The notes below the pieces were generated by a model. It was not told where the DNA came from, searched no databases, and saw only the letters and a program-made list of their open reading frames with translations. The position numbers and the translations under genes were made by a program. A stretch of 62,578 nucleotides of DNA, counting the filler, from Globobulimina sp. (taxonomy: Eukaryota): the NCBI GenBank assembly GCA_003354225.1. It is 40 parts of 40 records of this genome, joined end to end, with 100 filler letters (N's around TTAATTAATTAA, not from the genome) between each part and the next. Parts side by side here need not be neighbours in the genome. Positions count along the whole stretch, not along the records: positions 45,453 to 46,918 come from PIVH01016227.1; positions 47,019 to 48,484 come from PIVH01016228.1; positions 48,585 to 50,050 come from PIVH01016229.1; positions 50,151 to 51,616 come from PIVH01016230.1; positions 51,717 to 53,182 come from PIVH01016231.1; positions 53,283 to 54,748 come from PIVH01016232.1; positions 54,849 to 56,314 come from PIVH01016233.1; positions 56,415 to 57,880 come from PIVH01016234.1; 32 more parts are not named here. One strand, 5' to 3'. This document shows, piece after piece, positions 46,278 through 59,638 of this stretch (the stretch's first letter is position 1; each line of letters opens with the position of its first letter).

Positions 46278-46918
46278 TTTTCCAATGCATGACCACCATG
46301 TATCACATGGTTACTATAAAATGACTTCCCATCGTGCTTATTGGATTTCAGTTTTATAATTGCACTTTTGACTTCGGCTACAGATACCAGACAGATATTA
46401 GCATCAGCTGTTTGAGCTCTTAACTGAATGTGATGCTCTAACATTTCTTTCTGTGCCCGATTCTCTCCATAAGAATTGTACAAAGAGGAATATTTGTCAC
46501 CAAAAAGATTGGCGATCGCTTCATCACTGGTTTCATTATCCATCTGAGCAGCACTCGACCCATCATGACCAGACAGCTTTTTAAGCTCCATGAAAAGATC
46601 ACGAGTGCTTTCAGTGGCTAGTTCACCCAGTCTGAGCCGCCTCAATTGTTTCTGATTTTTCAAACACTCTTTGCATTCTTTATGGTATTTTCGGCGAGTG
46701 AAACGCATAGTTTCTGCCACAACACCTTGGCCAGGTCGGCCATTCTCAATCCATAGATGGTGCCAAAAAAGGGATTGTTGTCTCAAGGGCTCAACCATTT
46801 CTTTCCACCCAGCGACCGCCTGCCGTTTCGGGGGTTTAGTTTGTGGAATTGTTTCCTTTTCAGCTTGAATACACATTGAAAGTAATTGTTCAGCAAACAC
46901 ATCAATATGCTGCAGGAT
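46278..46918 (-). mobile_element. Non-LTR retrotransposon ORF2 fragment (endonuclease-RT linker), truncated by the TIR element
   Basis: GWKE.V..LRQQSLFWH.LW..NGRP..G..AE.MR.TR..YH, IANLF..KYSSLYNS, VSVAEVKSAIIKLK..K.DG (region just before RT). Confidence 0.75.
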
Positions 46919-47018
46919 NNNNNNNNNNNNNNNNNNNNNNNNNNNNNNNNNNNNNNNNNNNNTTAATTAATTAANNNNNNNNNNNNNNNNNNNNNNNNNN
47001 NNNNNNNNNNNNNNNNNN

Positions 47019-47220
47019 ATGTTAATGGGAATTTATAATGTGTTACCGGTACAATATCGCCAGTACTATTTGGTGTTGGTATTTCTTCCTTTACTTCTTC
47101 CTGTATTGCATCAAAACCATTTTCTACAAATTGGGCAGAAAGTTCCTTGTCTAACATTTCACGAAGATCCAGCAAAGATTTGCTGAACAATATTTTCTTT
47201 GAACTCATTGTTCGACTCAT
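47019..47220 (-). CDS. Hypothetical protein N-terminus
   Basis: Open from an ATG to the contig edge; divergent from the DUF1152-like gene. Confidence 0.4.
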
Positions 47221-47262
47221 TGCGAAATTCAGTCAGTTGTTTTTGATTTTTTAATATAAATA

Positions 47263-48395
47263 ATGTCAGTTTCGGATTTGGTACAGGATTTAATAGATAA
47301 ACTGAATGAAACAGAAGAAAAATCAAAATCGTCAATTCCAATTGAACAAATTATAGAAAACACTCATTTCAATCTCGAATCCCAAATAAATTTAAACAAA
47401 TTCAAACGGATATTAATCATTGGGTATGCTGTACATATATAGCTTTTATATATTAATCGCGAAATATTAATGATATAAACAACAGAATGGGTGGTGGTTG
47501 TGATGTATTCTCTGCATTTTCTTATTATAAATATTTATCAAACCACTTTGCAAAACGTAAACAGTCAAAAACAAAAAAACAAGCATCGCCAGTCTTATTG
47601 TTTGGTAATTGTACCTCAATTCGGAATGATTTGAAAAAACATAAAAGTGTTTGTAATTATTTATATGAAGTACATACTCACCGACCCTTTGCAGAGAACG
47701 CTGACAATAAACATTATGGAACAACGAGATTGGAGCAAAGTATTCCAACTAAATATGATAAAGAAACAAATATATTCAATGGTCCATATTTGTTGGTTCC
47801 TCCAATTAAAGCATTTTCAGCGCAGATTAACAATATCAAACTAGCAACGTTTATAAATAACGAAGTGATGAGCGAATGTTACAAATATTTGGAGATTGAG
47901 TTAATAATTGGGATTGATAACGGCGGTGATTCATTGACGTGCGGCATTGACTTTAAAAATGATCCAGAATTAGCCAGAGATCGACAGGTTTTATATTCGA
48001 TGAAAAATAATAAGTACAATATCCCATATATACATTTTGTATTTGGGCCAGGCTGTGATGGCGAATCCACAATGGAACAGTTAACAAATTCAATTCAAAA
48101 GAAAGAAAATAGATTTTTAGGTTCGTTTCAGTTAAGTAAAGAGATTATGGATGTAATGAGGGACAGAGCTAAATTGTTAACTGATATGAGGACACCGAAT
48201 ATAATGTATTCTGCATTTAGTAAAAGTAATGATGCACAAAATGAGGAGAAAAGGGATGATAATAAGAATGAGATGGTTACAATTCCTCGTGGTCGCAAAC
48301 CAAGAATACAAATTCCAAGACACTGGTTATATGCATGTTGGGTTTTTTCCACCAAAATTGAAGAATTAAACAAAAATTGGTTGTCTTCACTTTAA
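47263..48395 (+). CDS. DUF1152-like protein
   Basis: ATG at 47263; intron 47424-47485 yields RILIIGMGGGCDV; IGIDNGGDSL and GPGCDGE motifs. Confidence 0.7.
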
Positions 48396-48633
48396 CCGAT
48401 TTATATGTTTCCATCTCGGATTTATGTGTCTGTTGTTTCAATACCAAACCAGTCATTATTAAGTTAATTTTATTTTCGTTAATTNNNNNNNNNNNNNNNN
48501 NNNNNNNNNNNNNNNNNNNNNNNNNNNNTTAATTAATTAANNNNNNNNNNNNNNNNNNNNNNNNNNNNNNNNNNNNNNNNNNNNGGGATTTCGAATCCTA
48601 CACTGTATACATTAATTATCGTAATTAATCGCA

Positions 48634-49870
48634 ATGGACCAAGGTAAAGGATCCGCAGTCTCATCCTATTACCGCACTAAAATCGACGACTTAACCATCC
48701 AAGTACGCAAAAAAGAAGCCAACGTACGTCGTCTAGAAGCGCAACGAAATGATTTAAATCAAAAAGTACGCCAATTAAAAGACGAATTGATCCAATTATG
48801 CCAACCCGGCTCCTCCGTGGGCGAAATCATCAAGAAAATGGGGCAAAACAAGGTCTTGGTCAAAATCCATCCCGATGGCAAATATATCGTCGACATCGAC
48901 AAAGACATCAAAATCCATGACTGCAAACCTGGTTTACGCGTCGCTTTGAAAAACGACTCTTATATGTTACATCGCATATTGCCCAGCAAAGTGGACCCGT
49001 TGGTCTCGTTGATGCGCGTCGAGAAAGTGCCCGACGCCAACTATGATATGGTGGGCGGCTTAGATAAGCAAATCAGGCAAATCAAAGAGGTACTTATCCA
49101 TCACTCTCATCCTTGCACACAACCCAACCCACCAACAGGTGATCGAATTACCCATCAAACATCCCGAGTTGTTCGAGGCTTTGGGTATCGCGCAGCCAAA
49201 AGGCGTGCTGCTATTCGGGCCTCCGGGCACCGGCAAGACGCTCTTAGCGCGCGCAGTGGCGCACCATACGGACTGTTGTTTTATCCGCGTGTCTGGCTCT
49301 GAGTTGGTGCAAAAGTATATTGGCGAAGGCGCGAGGATGGTGCGCGAATTGTTTGTGTTGGCCCGCGAACATGCGCCGAGCATCATTTTTATGGACGAGG
49401 TGGACAGCATTGGCGGTTCGCGCATCTCTGGAAACCGCGGCGGCGACTCTGAAGTGCAACGCACTATGCTCGAGTTATTGAACCAATTGGACGGCTTTGA
49501 GCCGGCGCAGAACATCAAAGTGTTGATGGCCACCAATCGCATTGATATTTTGGACGACGCGTTGTTGCGACCGGGCCGCATTGACCGCAAGATCGAGTTT
49601 CCAAATCCCAATCAGGAATCGCGGCAACAGATTTTGAAAATACATTCGCGGAAAATGAATTTAATGAGGAATATTAACTTGAAAAGTGTGTCAGAGAAAA
49701 TGCACGGTGCGTCCGGCGCGGAGTGTAAAGCGGTCTGTACTGAGGCGGGGATGTTTGCATTGCGGGAGCGGAGGATCCATATTACGCAGGTTGACTTTGA
49801 AATGGCTGTGACCAAAGTGATGAAGAAGGACTCTGATGGCGATATTTCCAAGAAGAAATTGTGGAAATGA
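48634..49870 (+). CDS. PSMC5: 26S proteasome AAA-ATPase Rpt6
   Basis: [72 protein letters not shown]; intron 49090-49138. Confidence 0.97.
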
Positions 49871-50342
49871 TATGTTTTGATTTCATATATTGTTTCTAAC
49901 ACACGACCACTGCGCACTTGCACTTGCTTCAATTCATTTAAATTGTCTTGTTACACTTTACAGCACTGACTGATTCATTCAATCATTTCAATGTCAACAT
50001 GTTTAACTATCTCCATCTTACTCTTGAGCCACTCGAATAATTCAACAATANNNNNNNNNNNNNNNNNNNNNNNNNNNNNNNNNNNNNNNNNNNNTTAATT
50101 AATTAANNNNNNNNNNNNNNNNNNNNNNNNNNNNNNNNNNNNNNNNNNNNAATATCCAAGGTGAAGCGTCTCTATTTTTTCTCGCTACACATATCAGTAT
50201 GTATAAAAATATTGGGGTTGTTATAAATACGGCCACACACGAACTGAATACTAACCATAACCACGCATCCGTTGTTGGCACTTTTTCAATTATATGAACC
50301 ATCTGTTGACGTGCTTTTACTTCAAAAAAAACTCTTTTAATA

Positions 50343-51616
50343 ATGGACGAGAAAGCGAACCCACCACCGACCAAACCATTCAATTTTAAACAATGGTTAA
50401 CCAAAAGCAAGCTAAACGCAGTGGAAAATGTCTTCCGCGAGAACAAAATGACGACAATGGAGACCCTCTCAATGCACAACACCAATTTAAGCAAACTATT
50501 ATCCGATCAACGAATATGTGGCAATTCCAAATTAGTGTCAAAGCTAATCCTCGCCCTCCAAACATTGACCAATCAAAACACAAAATGTTACCCAGCCCCA
50601 TATAGCAACCACAAATCCACGAAAAGCGAAAACAATCCAATCCCTGCCATCGAACACAAATTAAAAGACATCAATACGTTAGAAAAACACTTAAAAAAAA
50701 TGGAAATCAAATACGAAAAAGTAAAAAAAGGGCAATCAGAACATCTAAAAAAATGCAAACGAAAATGTCTCGCTGATTTAAACAAATCAAAGCAACAAAT
50801 CACACAAACATTTTGCACCATATTTCAAAATCTGAAACAAAAAGAACATTCTTTGCTAAATGAGTTAGAAAATTATAACATTCACCAATTAAATGACGAG
50901 AAAAGCACAGCGAACACCGATATTTTCGCAGAGAAATACCGCGCCAATCAGTTAATTATCGACGACTGCAAAACGTACATAAAACAACAGTTGAATATCT
51001 TGGTTGTGTTGGTGGAAAACGCAGATAATATTTGCAATTATTCCAGCAAAATGCAGCAAATTTGCGCGAATATTAACCATATTTACCAACTGCAAATGGC
51101 TCGTTTTGCGCAGAATGAGCGGAAAATGTTGGAAGAGATCAATTCAGTGCTAAGCAACCAATTTAATATAAACTCAGTGTCCTTCAAATTGAACGAGAGT
51201 CTCTTTGCAAATATGCTCGAATCCATAGACAAAGTCGGCGAGATTTTGGGTTATAAAAAATTAGAAATTGATATTAAAAAAGTGGAATGGACCGATATTG
51301 CACATATTGATATTTATTATGAGTTTGCAAATATAGTGACACCATCCGACAACAGCGCCAATTATAAAAATATCAATATACAGCAATATGAGATTCAGTA
51401 CAGATATTTCGACATAAATATGTCTGAAAATGACGCCAAATTCGAGTGGAAAAGTGTGCTTTTTCCATCGCGCAGTATTTCCAACAATAAAATGGTTGCA
51501 AACAACCCCATTTCTATTGGGATTGAAGCGATTTGCAACCACACACAAAATAAGTCGGATAACGAGACATTATTTTTCATCAAAATGCGTGTCAGACACA
51601 ATCCGTATTATTTATG
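50343..51616 (+). CDS. Coiled-coil protein with SAM-like N-terminus and FN3-like C-terminal part (3' partial)
   Basis: More than 420 open codons; FKQWL..KL..V..VF.E..M.TME.L start; QYEIQY, WKSV and IKMRV strands. Confidence 0.55.
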
Positions 51617-52134
51617 NNNNNNNNNNNNNNNNNNNNNNNNNNNNNNNNNNNNNNNNNNNNTTAATTAATTAANNNNNNNNNNNNNNNNNNNNNNNNNNNN
51701 NNNNNNNNNNNNNNNNACAGCATTAATTTTATGTATTTTGGTGAATGATCAATTTATGTCATTGAATTTAATACAAATGATACTATGTAAAGCACTTTAT
51801 GGTGGTGTTATTGCTTTTGTTTTATCCCCAATCATCACTTTGTTGCTGCTGATTTAAATCAAATGTTAAATTATATTTTTGTGTTCCACTTTTTTTGTAT
51901 ATGGTGTTGATGTGTTAATTTCAATATTTACCATAGTTTTACGTTTTTTTATTCGGGGTTATATTAATAAGTGAATGATCGTTGCTAAAAAAAAAACTTA
52001 ATATAATTGAATATTTGATGGGTGTACTTCGATTCGATATATAGTGTCAATTATAATGTGTTTTATCGTTTGTTGTCATGTTTGAATAAAAAAAAAACAT
52101 TTTAACAACCAAACACTTTAAATTATTTCTCATT

Positions 52135-53182
52135 ATGACTGAAGAAAAAAAAGAGAATGGCAATTATGGTTCTGAAGGTGGTTTAGTTGATTTCAAATTA
52201 AATAAAACGAACGTTGTTGTACAGTTTAATAAAAATACATTTAAATCTAATATGAATAATTTTATAAAAAATTATATTTTTTATAATCCTTTACGTGATG
52301 AAAGTAAATTAATTAATTACATTTCGAAACATAACTTTGATTATTATGAAAAAAATCCAACTTTACTTTGTTTATTTTGGAATATTGATATTATTGAAGA
52401 TCAGATTATTAGTAAAATTCCATTAAATGTGTTTAATATTGATCTTGAACAATGTGACGAAAAAGAACAATTACAATATTACAAAGAACAATATTTTCGT
52501 ATTACAAAAATAATTAAAATTAATGATTTGATGATAGATCAAATTAAACTCCGTGAATTTAATAAAAATTGTTGGTTTAAAATTTATTCATTTGACGAGT
52601 ATGTAAATTTTACTGCAAAACCATTGGTGCAGGTTAAAGATGTTGGTCATGCAGCTGCTAAACGGGATGTTTTAAATGCAATATATCAAGATTTAAGTCC
52701 ATATTATGCAAAAATAAATATGTATGGGAATGATTCCACTGATCTCTATCAATTATTGCAAAAACAAAATATTAAAAAGCATAATCCATTTTATTTTTTA
52801 CAAAAAAAACCATTTATTATTTCAATTAATTTTTACGAGGAGAAAATAATTATATCTGATTGTCATTTGCTTTTAAATGAAAATTTTGCAGATCCAGTTG
52901 AAATGAATGCGTTTGCTGATTATTTTACCAAAGATATCATTTTACATTCAAAACTTAAATATATTGACGGAATTTATAAAAGTAATAGTTTTATTATATT
53001 CAACTTGACTTTGAATGCTAATCAGCAAAAATCGGAAATAACACTATTTTATCAATTGGTTTATAAATCAAATAAATTGTATTTAAAATATTTAAAATGT
53101 GCCTATGTAGATGTATCGAGTAAAAAAGCAGTTTTTTATTCTCCAAACGACAAATTGTTTCTTCCTATTGCCGAGAAAAATA
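52135..53182 (+). CDS. Hypothetical protein, very AT-rich and intronless (3' partial)
   Basis: About 350 open codons; no recognised domain. Confidence 0.6.
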
Positions 53183-53282
53183 NNNNNNNNNNNNNNNNNN
53201 NNNNNNNNNNNNNNNNNNNNNNNNNNTTAATTAATTAANNNNNNNNNNNNNNNNNNNNNNNNNNNNNNNNNNNNNNNNNNNN

Positions 53283-54661
53283 TTGAGGCCAGAACCAATT
53301 GGGATAGAAAGAAGTGTGGCAATATTTATGTTACTATGAAAAATAAATGGAATGTAAAAAAGCCTCAAAGCCCTAAGTTAATTGCTCCAAAACAAGATAT
53401 TGATGATATTAAATCAGAAACTGAACCCATAACAAATGAGACAAAACAAACATTTATAGATTTATTTTGTACCAAAACATCTGCGGATGCAGCCAAAGCA
53501 GAGCCATTTCTGATTTATGCAAATTGGAAAATTGACGATGCTGTCAATAAATATTATGCATTGTCAGGCAATGTATCACATTTAGGTGCTAAATTTGAAA
53601 AATATCAGAGTGACACTAAAAAAACAAAACAGCAGCAACCGATTTATATATATAATGTAGGAATAAAATTTTGGTATTGGCCTCCAAAAAATAAACAAGA
53701 AGAAAAATGTTTTATTAAAAATAAATATACAGATTTAAAAGAAGAAATATTAAATGATAAAACATTAACGTATCAGCATTGGATATCATTGCAAGAAGAA
53801 TGTCAAGTTTTAATTAATTGTTGGAAGATTAAAAAAATAACGTCGAATGGGAAAAATAAAGATATTTATGGTTTTACTGACGGCGATTCATTGAATATTC
53901 AACATTTGATTGCTGTCAAATTATATACAGATTTTACAAAGTTAAATGGAATTTTTTGTGGTGCCTTTCGACTTAAAAAAATCGCAGAAAATGCATATGA
54001 AAGTATTGAATCGCTAAAAGATAGAAATCGTAATTTTGCCATTATGGCGAGATTATTGATTGAATCCGTACAAAGCTACGGAAAATTAGCATTGATGAAA
54101 AAAAAATATTATCGAGGAATAAATCAACAGTTTTTGTTTAAACGGTTTGTTGCTCGATATCATGTCCCATTAAGTACCACTACAAATGTATGAAATGTAT
54201 ACATATATAATATATAAATGCATAATTAGTATAAAAATATTATATATATTAATATATAGCTGATAATTGCAGCCGGTTTTGCAGGAACAAATGGTTTGGT
54301 GTTGGAATTGAAAAGATATAATCGAACAGTTTCAGGGTTTGATGTGTCAGTTATTTCTGCCTTTGAGCATGAAAAAGAAACATTGTTTTTTGCATTTGAT
54401 ACGATATTGAAAATGCATTCTGTGTATTCTATTTGTGATGAAAAATGGCAAAACTATAAACAACATATCAATGCAATTCAAGATGTATTAAAACTTGCAA
54501 ATGGAACACTTTCATGGTATCACAAAAATAATATAAAAGATATTGTTGGATATTTATTGCCAAATCTATACACTGTTAAAGTAACATTGCCTGTTTATAT
54601 ACAATGTTTATTACATTTTCATTTAAACCACTTACCAAATAATGTTATATATCAATTGTAG
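53283..54661 (+). CDS. UBA-like + ARTC-type (R-S-E) ADP-ribosyltransferase-like protein
   Basis: F..KTSAD..A..FL..ANWKIDDAVNKYY; AVKLYTD, YYRG, PLSTT, intron 54188-54259, IA..FA, SAFEHEKETLF. Confidence 0.7.
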
Positions 54662-54848
54662 GGTCAAAATCATGCTCTGACAGGATTTCAACAACCGGTG
54701 ACGCTAAATGACAATTTCTATTTTCAACAAAAAACTTTGAGGTACAATNNNNNNNNNNNNNNNNNNNNNNNNNNNNNNNNNNNNNNNNNNNNTTAATTAA
54801 TTAANNNNNNNNNNNNNNNNNNNNNNNNNNNNNNNNNNNNNNNNNNNN

Positions 54849-55429
54849 GAACTGACTGTATTTTTTAATGCATCAATTTCCTTTTGTTGTGAAGCTAACT
54901 GACCCAATAAATGTAATATCTGCGTATTTTGAGCATTTACGGACTCTAATAATGTTGATCGGAATTCTTCATTTTGTTTCTTTTCATTTTGTATTTCTTT
55001 AAAATAAATTTTAAATTTATCCAATAACATCATCAATGATGGACCATCCAAGGAACTCAATGCCGCATTGTTTGTTTTTGTGGTTTTGTCCTCAATTTCA
55101 TTATCACGCGGCATCGATATCACCTTTGATATTTCTTTGTTTTTTATTGCTGGTTCACTTAATTGTGGCGGTTGACAAATATCTCTATTTATGTTAATGC
55201 TTTCATGTTGACCAATATTTGGCATTTCAGGTAATTTTATATCCAATGTTTTTGCAGATTTCTTCTTGACTGCATTTAATGTGTTATTTATACGCTCCAT
55301 ATTTAATTTAATCCCGACGGCAGTATTTGTGTCTTCATTGTCATCGCTATTTTTATTGTTATGTAATTTCATTGTTTCTAAATCATTTTCCAATGTCGAT
55401 AATTTATCACTCAATGCTTGCAATGTCAT
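54849..55429 (-). CDS. Coiled-coil protein exon (partial)
   Basis: About 190 open codons with heptad character; probable upstream exons not resolved. Confidence 0.5.
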
Positions 55430-56414
55430 GTCTTTGTTGTGTTACATTCAAAATATATACATAGACATTATAAGTTGTGACTTGTGTAAACTGTAAAGTT
55501 ATATAGTTATAGTTTTACAAACCAGTTTTATCCGGCGATATATTCAGATTCGAATCGTTATCGTAACCATAATAATTATCAGATTCTTCGGTTTGAGACA
55601 TTGATTCTTCACTTTCTGTGTCTTCATAATCATTCCTTCCCGACGTGAATATGGGAAATGCACGTTTTATATTTGGCGCAGTGTGTTTTTTTAATAATAA
55701 TTGTTTTCGACGAATTAATTGTTTCTGTTCCTCATTAATTTCTTTCTCTTCTTGTTGTAACCGACGTTTCTCCGCTTAAAAAAATGGATATTATGTTTCG
55801 GTTCATTCTGCATTTCTTTTTCAACCAAGAAAAAAAAAAAGATTTTCAGATAAATATAAATATAATGAACTAACAATGCTTTCTCTTTTGTTCTTGAACT
55901 AAATCCTTTGCATAATGACGATGCTTTGAAACTACACTTAATTTCTTCTCCAACTATGACATTGCAATTATTTTGCATAAAATTAAGGTTGTAACGGAAA
56001 AAAAAATGCATGTTAATATAAAAAAAAAATTATTTAACGAACCTGTTTGGATGCGTCTAATTTGTACTCATTTAGATTTGATCTGGAACCCTTTTTGTAA
56101 TTTTATGATTTTTAATTGTTCAATTAAGCATATTTAAAATACCTACATCCCATTGCTGTGTTCTTTTTTTTTTCTTACGTCTTTTAATAGGTTTCTTTTT
56201 TTTCTGTCCAAGGGATTTAGATGAAGAGTGTTGATGCTTTGATCGTTTGTGATAAAGATGATTAAAATCCAGGTTCAAATCCATGGTGGTGTGTAATTCC
56301 GAATACACTCAAAANNNNNNNNNNNNNNNNNNNNNNNNNNNNNNNNNNNNNNNNNNNNTTAATTAATTAANNNNNNNNNNNNNNNNNNNNNNNNNNNNNN
56401 NNNNNNNNNNNNNN

Positions 56415-57730
56415 CATCGACAACAAAGTGGCCCGTTGTGAAAATATTATCTGTACCGCATTTGAAGAAATCTCGCATGCATTGCAGAGAAGAAAAAATA
56501 ATTTAATTGCTGAATTACATAAAACAGCCAGAAACAAAAAATTATCATTGTTAATACAACACAATGATCTAAACAGTAAATATCAAGAATCACAAAACCG
56601 AATCAATAAAATTGATGAATCTGTGCAAAACCATGAAAAACAACCAGAAAACGAGCAAAAAATGTCCGATATCTATATGAATAACAACGACAAAGAGATG
56701 ATAATGCTATCAAATAATTTCGATCTCCATTTTTGTAGTAGTTACAATAAACAATTAATTCAAATGATAAATCATTTTGGTTCAATCTCTGCCAATTCAA
56801 TCCCGATATTAGTATCGTTACGAAATAATTCAAAGAATTTTGTAGTGGAAATTGAATGGAAATTACCAACGCCATCCAATACGGCCATTGATATTAAAAA
56901 AACGCAAAAACTTCGTATTGAATGGAGCAACACCAAACAATTAAAATGGAATCATCGCGAATTTGTCATCTCGGACGATGATAAAAAACAAAATCAAACA
57001 GACGCGGGCTGTAAGGTATGACCCTAAAAAATATACATTTAATTAATATGTCAATACACACCAAACAACAAAGTATTTAATCAATGTCGGTGGGAATGGA
57101 ACGTATATGTTCAGAGTGAAACATTATTACTTAAACATTTGGAGTAAAAACAGTAACACAAAATCGATCTCAATCGCCGGAATATCGTTTGATTTCTGGA
57201 GCAAAATCTATCACGGCGACGATATATCAGTTGAGGGCAAATGCATTGTGTTAAAAAATAAGAGTGCGTATCAAACGGCATTTTTATCCAATGTTGCCAG
57301 TGTTGGCCGTATGGCGGAGAGTGAGGCGGATAATTTACATCATTGGACATTTAAAATTGAAGGTGGACATAAATGTGGATCATCGCGAATATTTGGTATA
57401 TGGCGGGATGAGGGGGATGGCGATGGAGATGGTGATGGGGCGGAGATGAAAGTGGATGTAAATGGAGTGTTAAACACATATTTTACAAATGAGAAGTTCG
57501 TTGATCCAAATAGTGATCAAGCGTACGGGAAACCATTTGGTGATAAATGTCATGAGGGCGATGAAATTGATATGTTTTTAGATTTAAATAAATTAAAATT
57601 ATTTTATAAATTGAATGGTATTATTTATGGTAAACCAATTGATGTTACACGTGCAAATTATAAGGCGGTTGTGTCTTTTTATTATATGGATGATCGAATC
57701 CGATTGCTTCGATATAGGAAAAATACTTAA
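56415..57730 (+). CDS. Coiled-coil + FN3-like + SPRY-like (TRIM-like) protein (5' partial)
   Basis: Intron 57016-57073 joins the two ORFs in frame; HHWTFKI, IFGIW, GDEIDMFLDLNKLKL.YKLNG, YKAVVS. Confidence 0.7.
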
Positions 57731-58018
57731 AATATAAATATATTCGACAATTGATATATTAATTTTGTTTTTTGTGTTTTTATGATTGATTATATATCTA
57801 GCTCACATCTACAATCGTTTAGTGAGTACCTCTGCTGCATCCTTTGGAGTGGCGCACATGAAATAATGTCTATGGGCAATNNNNNNNNNNNNNNNNNNNN
57901 NNNNNNNNNNNNNNNNNNNNNNNNTTAATTAATTAANNNNNNNNNNNNNNNNNNNNNNNNNNNNNNNNNNNNNNNNNNNNGAGAAGGCAGATCATTACTT
58001 TCCATTTGTATACGTCTG

Positions 58019-59446
58019 ACTATATTTTGCATACACAAATGGAAAACAATAACATAAACACACAGAAAACAGAAACAAACACACAGAAAATGAAATAAAA
58101 CCATATTGAAAATGCTAAACTGCACATATTGAATATTCTTCCGTCCCATAAAATCCATATATAAATACACAAAAAGAACCTTTCTTTGTTTATCATTAAA
58201 TACACAATCCATAATTTTTTTATCGTTTTGCGTAAAATAGCCGCATTTTCTGTGAATTCGAATTTATATACGATTTCCTATGATTTAACATGTTCAATTC
58301 GGCGCATTCTTCTTCAAATTGCGACAAAGGAATCTTTTCTGTTCCATTGCTTTGTGTTGTGTCGGATTGTTGTTGTAACGACCCCGTACGCGTTGTGACC
58401 AAATTATTAAACCCTTTTACAAAACTTTACCAGTGTCATTATGTGAAATACAATCAACGCCATAACCTAATTAACACACAAAACATAATTATTTACAAAT
58501 ATTATATTGAGTGAATTATATAATCACAACCAAGTTCTCATTCTTATTCGCTTCAAATCGATGCCATAATGCAATGATTGAGGTTGATGGCACGGCGCAA
58601 ATTACTGTAAACAATTATGCTGTCATTGGTCAGCACACAATTTATGGATAATAACCTCCTAATTCCAGCCTGAAATGTCACGTTTTTCATTTATATATGT
58701 TTTTAATTGTATCATTGTATACATTGATTGATTCGCGAAAATTGGTAGAATGAGTTCATATGTGATAGGAGGACTGGATAGGACATCTCATAGGCATTAA
58801 TTAATTAATCGATCCTTATGTTTAAATTGCTGCTTTATTTGCATTCAATCGATTTTGTGTTTTATTAATTAAATTTAGCATTTGTTTGTGCGGCAATATT
58901 TTTTATATTTTCTTTTCTTTGTTTCCTATCTCGATCAGAATTGTTTGAATCTGCTGATTTTATCATATTGTCATCAACGGAGTTATCTTTTTGATGAAGT
59001 ACCAACAAAAACAATATAAAAACAACATGTCACAATTGCATTTCTCATTGTCTCCACAATCAAGACCAGACAAAGAATTATTGACATTTGGTTATGTAAG
59101 GCTCAATTACATCGACTCAATGCCTATCGATATTGTTAAACTATGTCAATCATTCTATGATGAAGCATTAGTTTGGAATATAGATTGTATTCAACTGTCA
59201 ATATTTGCAAAAAAATCAACGGGTTCAACTATCAAATACAATGACAAATGGTTTTATTGTCAAGGAATAAAAATGCGGTTCAACTATATTTTGCATACAC
59301 AAATGGAAAACAATAAATGAAACACACAGAAAACAGAAACAAACACACAGAAAATGAAATAAAACCATATTGAAAATGCTAAACTACACATATTGAATAT
59401 GCTTCCGTCCCATAAAATCCATATATAAATACACAAAAAGAACCTT
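58019..59446 (+). repeat. Pair of 164-bp direct repeats (58019-58182 and 59283-59446)
   Basis: Near-identical with only a few substitutions; the second copy runs to the contig end. Confidence 0.93.
59027..59320 (+). pseudogene. LxxGYxR-motif gene truncated by the second repeat copy
   Basis: LLTFGYVR..MPIDIVKLCQSFY, then LVWNID..; the frame runs into the repeat at 59283 and stops. Confidence 0.55.
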
Positions 59447-59638
59447 NNNNNNNNNNNNNNNNNNNNNNNNNNNNNNNNNNNNNNNNNNNNTTAATTAATT
59501 AANNNNNNNNNNNNNNNNNNNNNNNNNNNNNNNNNNNNNNNNNNNNAGGTGTACGTGGTGAATATCCAAAGTGAGTAAAAACCATACATGCGCATCACCT
59601 CCCCGTACACAATAATTTATATCAATTGATACGAATCT

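Noticed and set aside
49060-49932. Long antisense ORFs over Rpt6 (similar ones over MMAB, YR, RT and MFS genes)
   Set aside because: Shadow ORFs from codon bias opposite clearly conserved genes.
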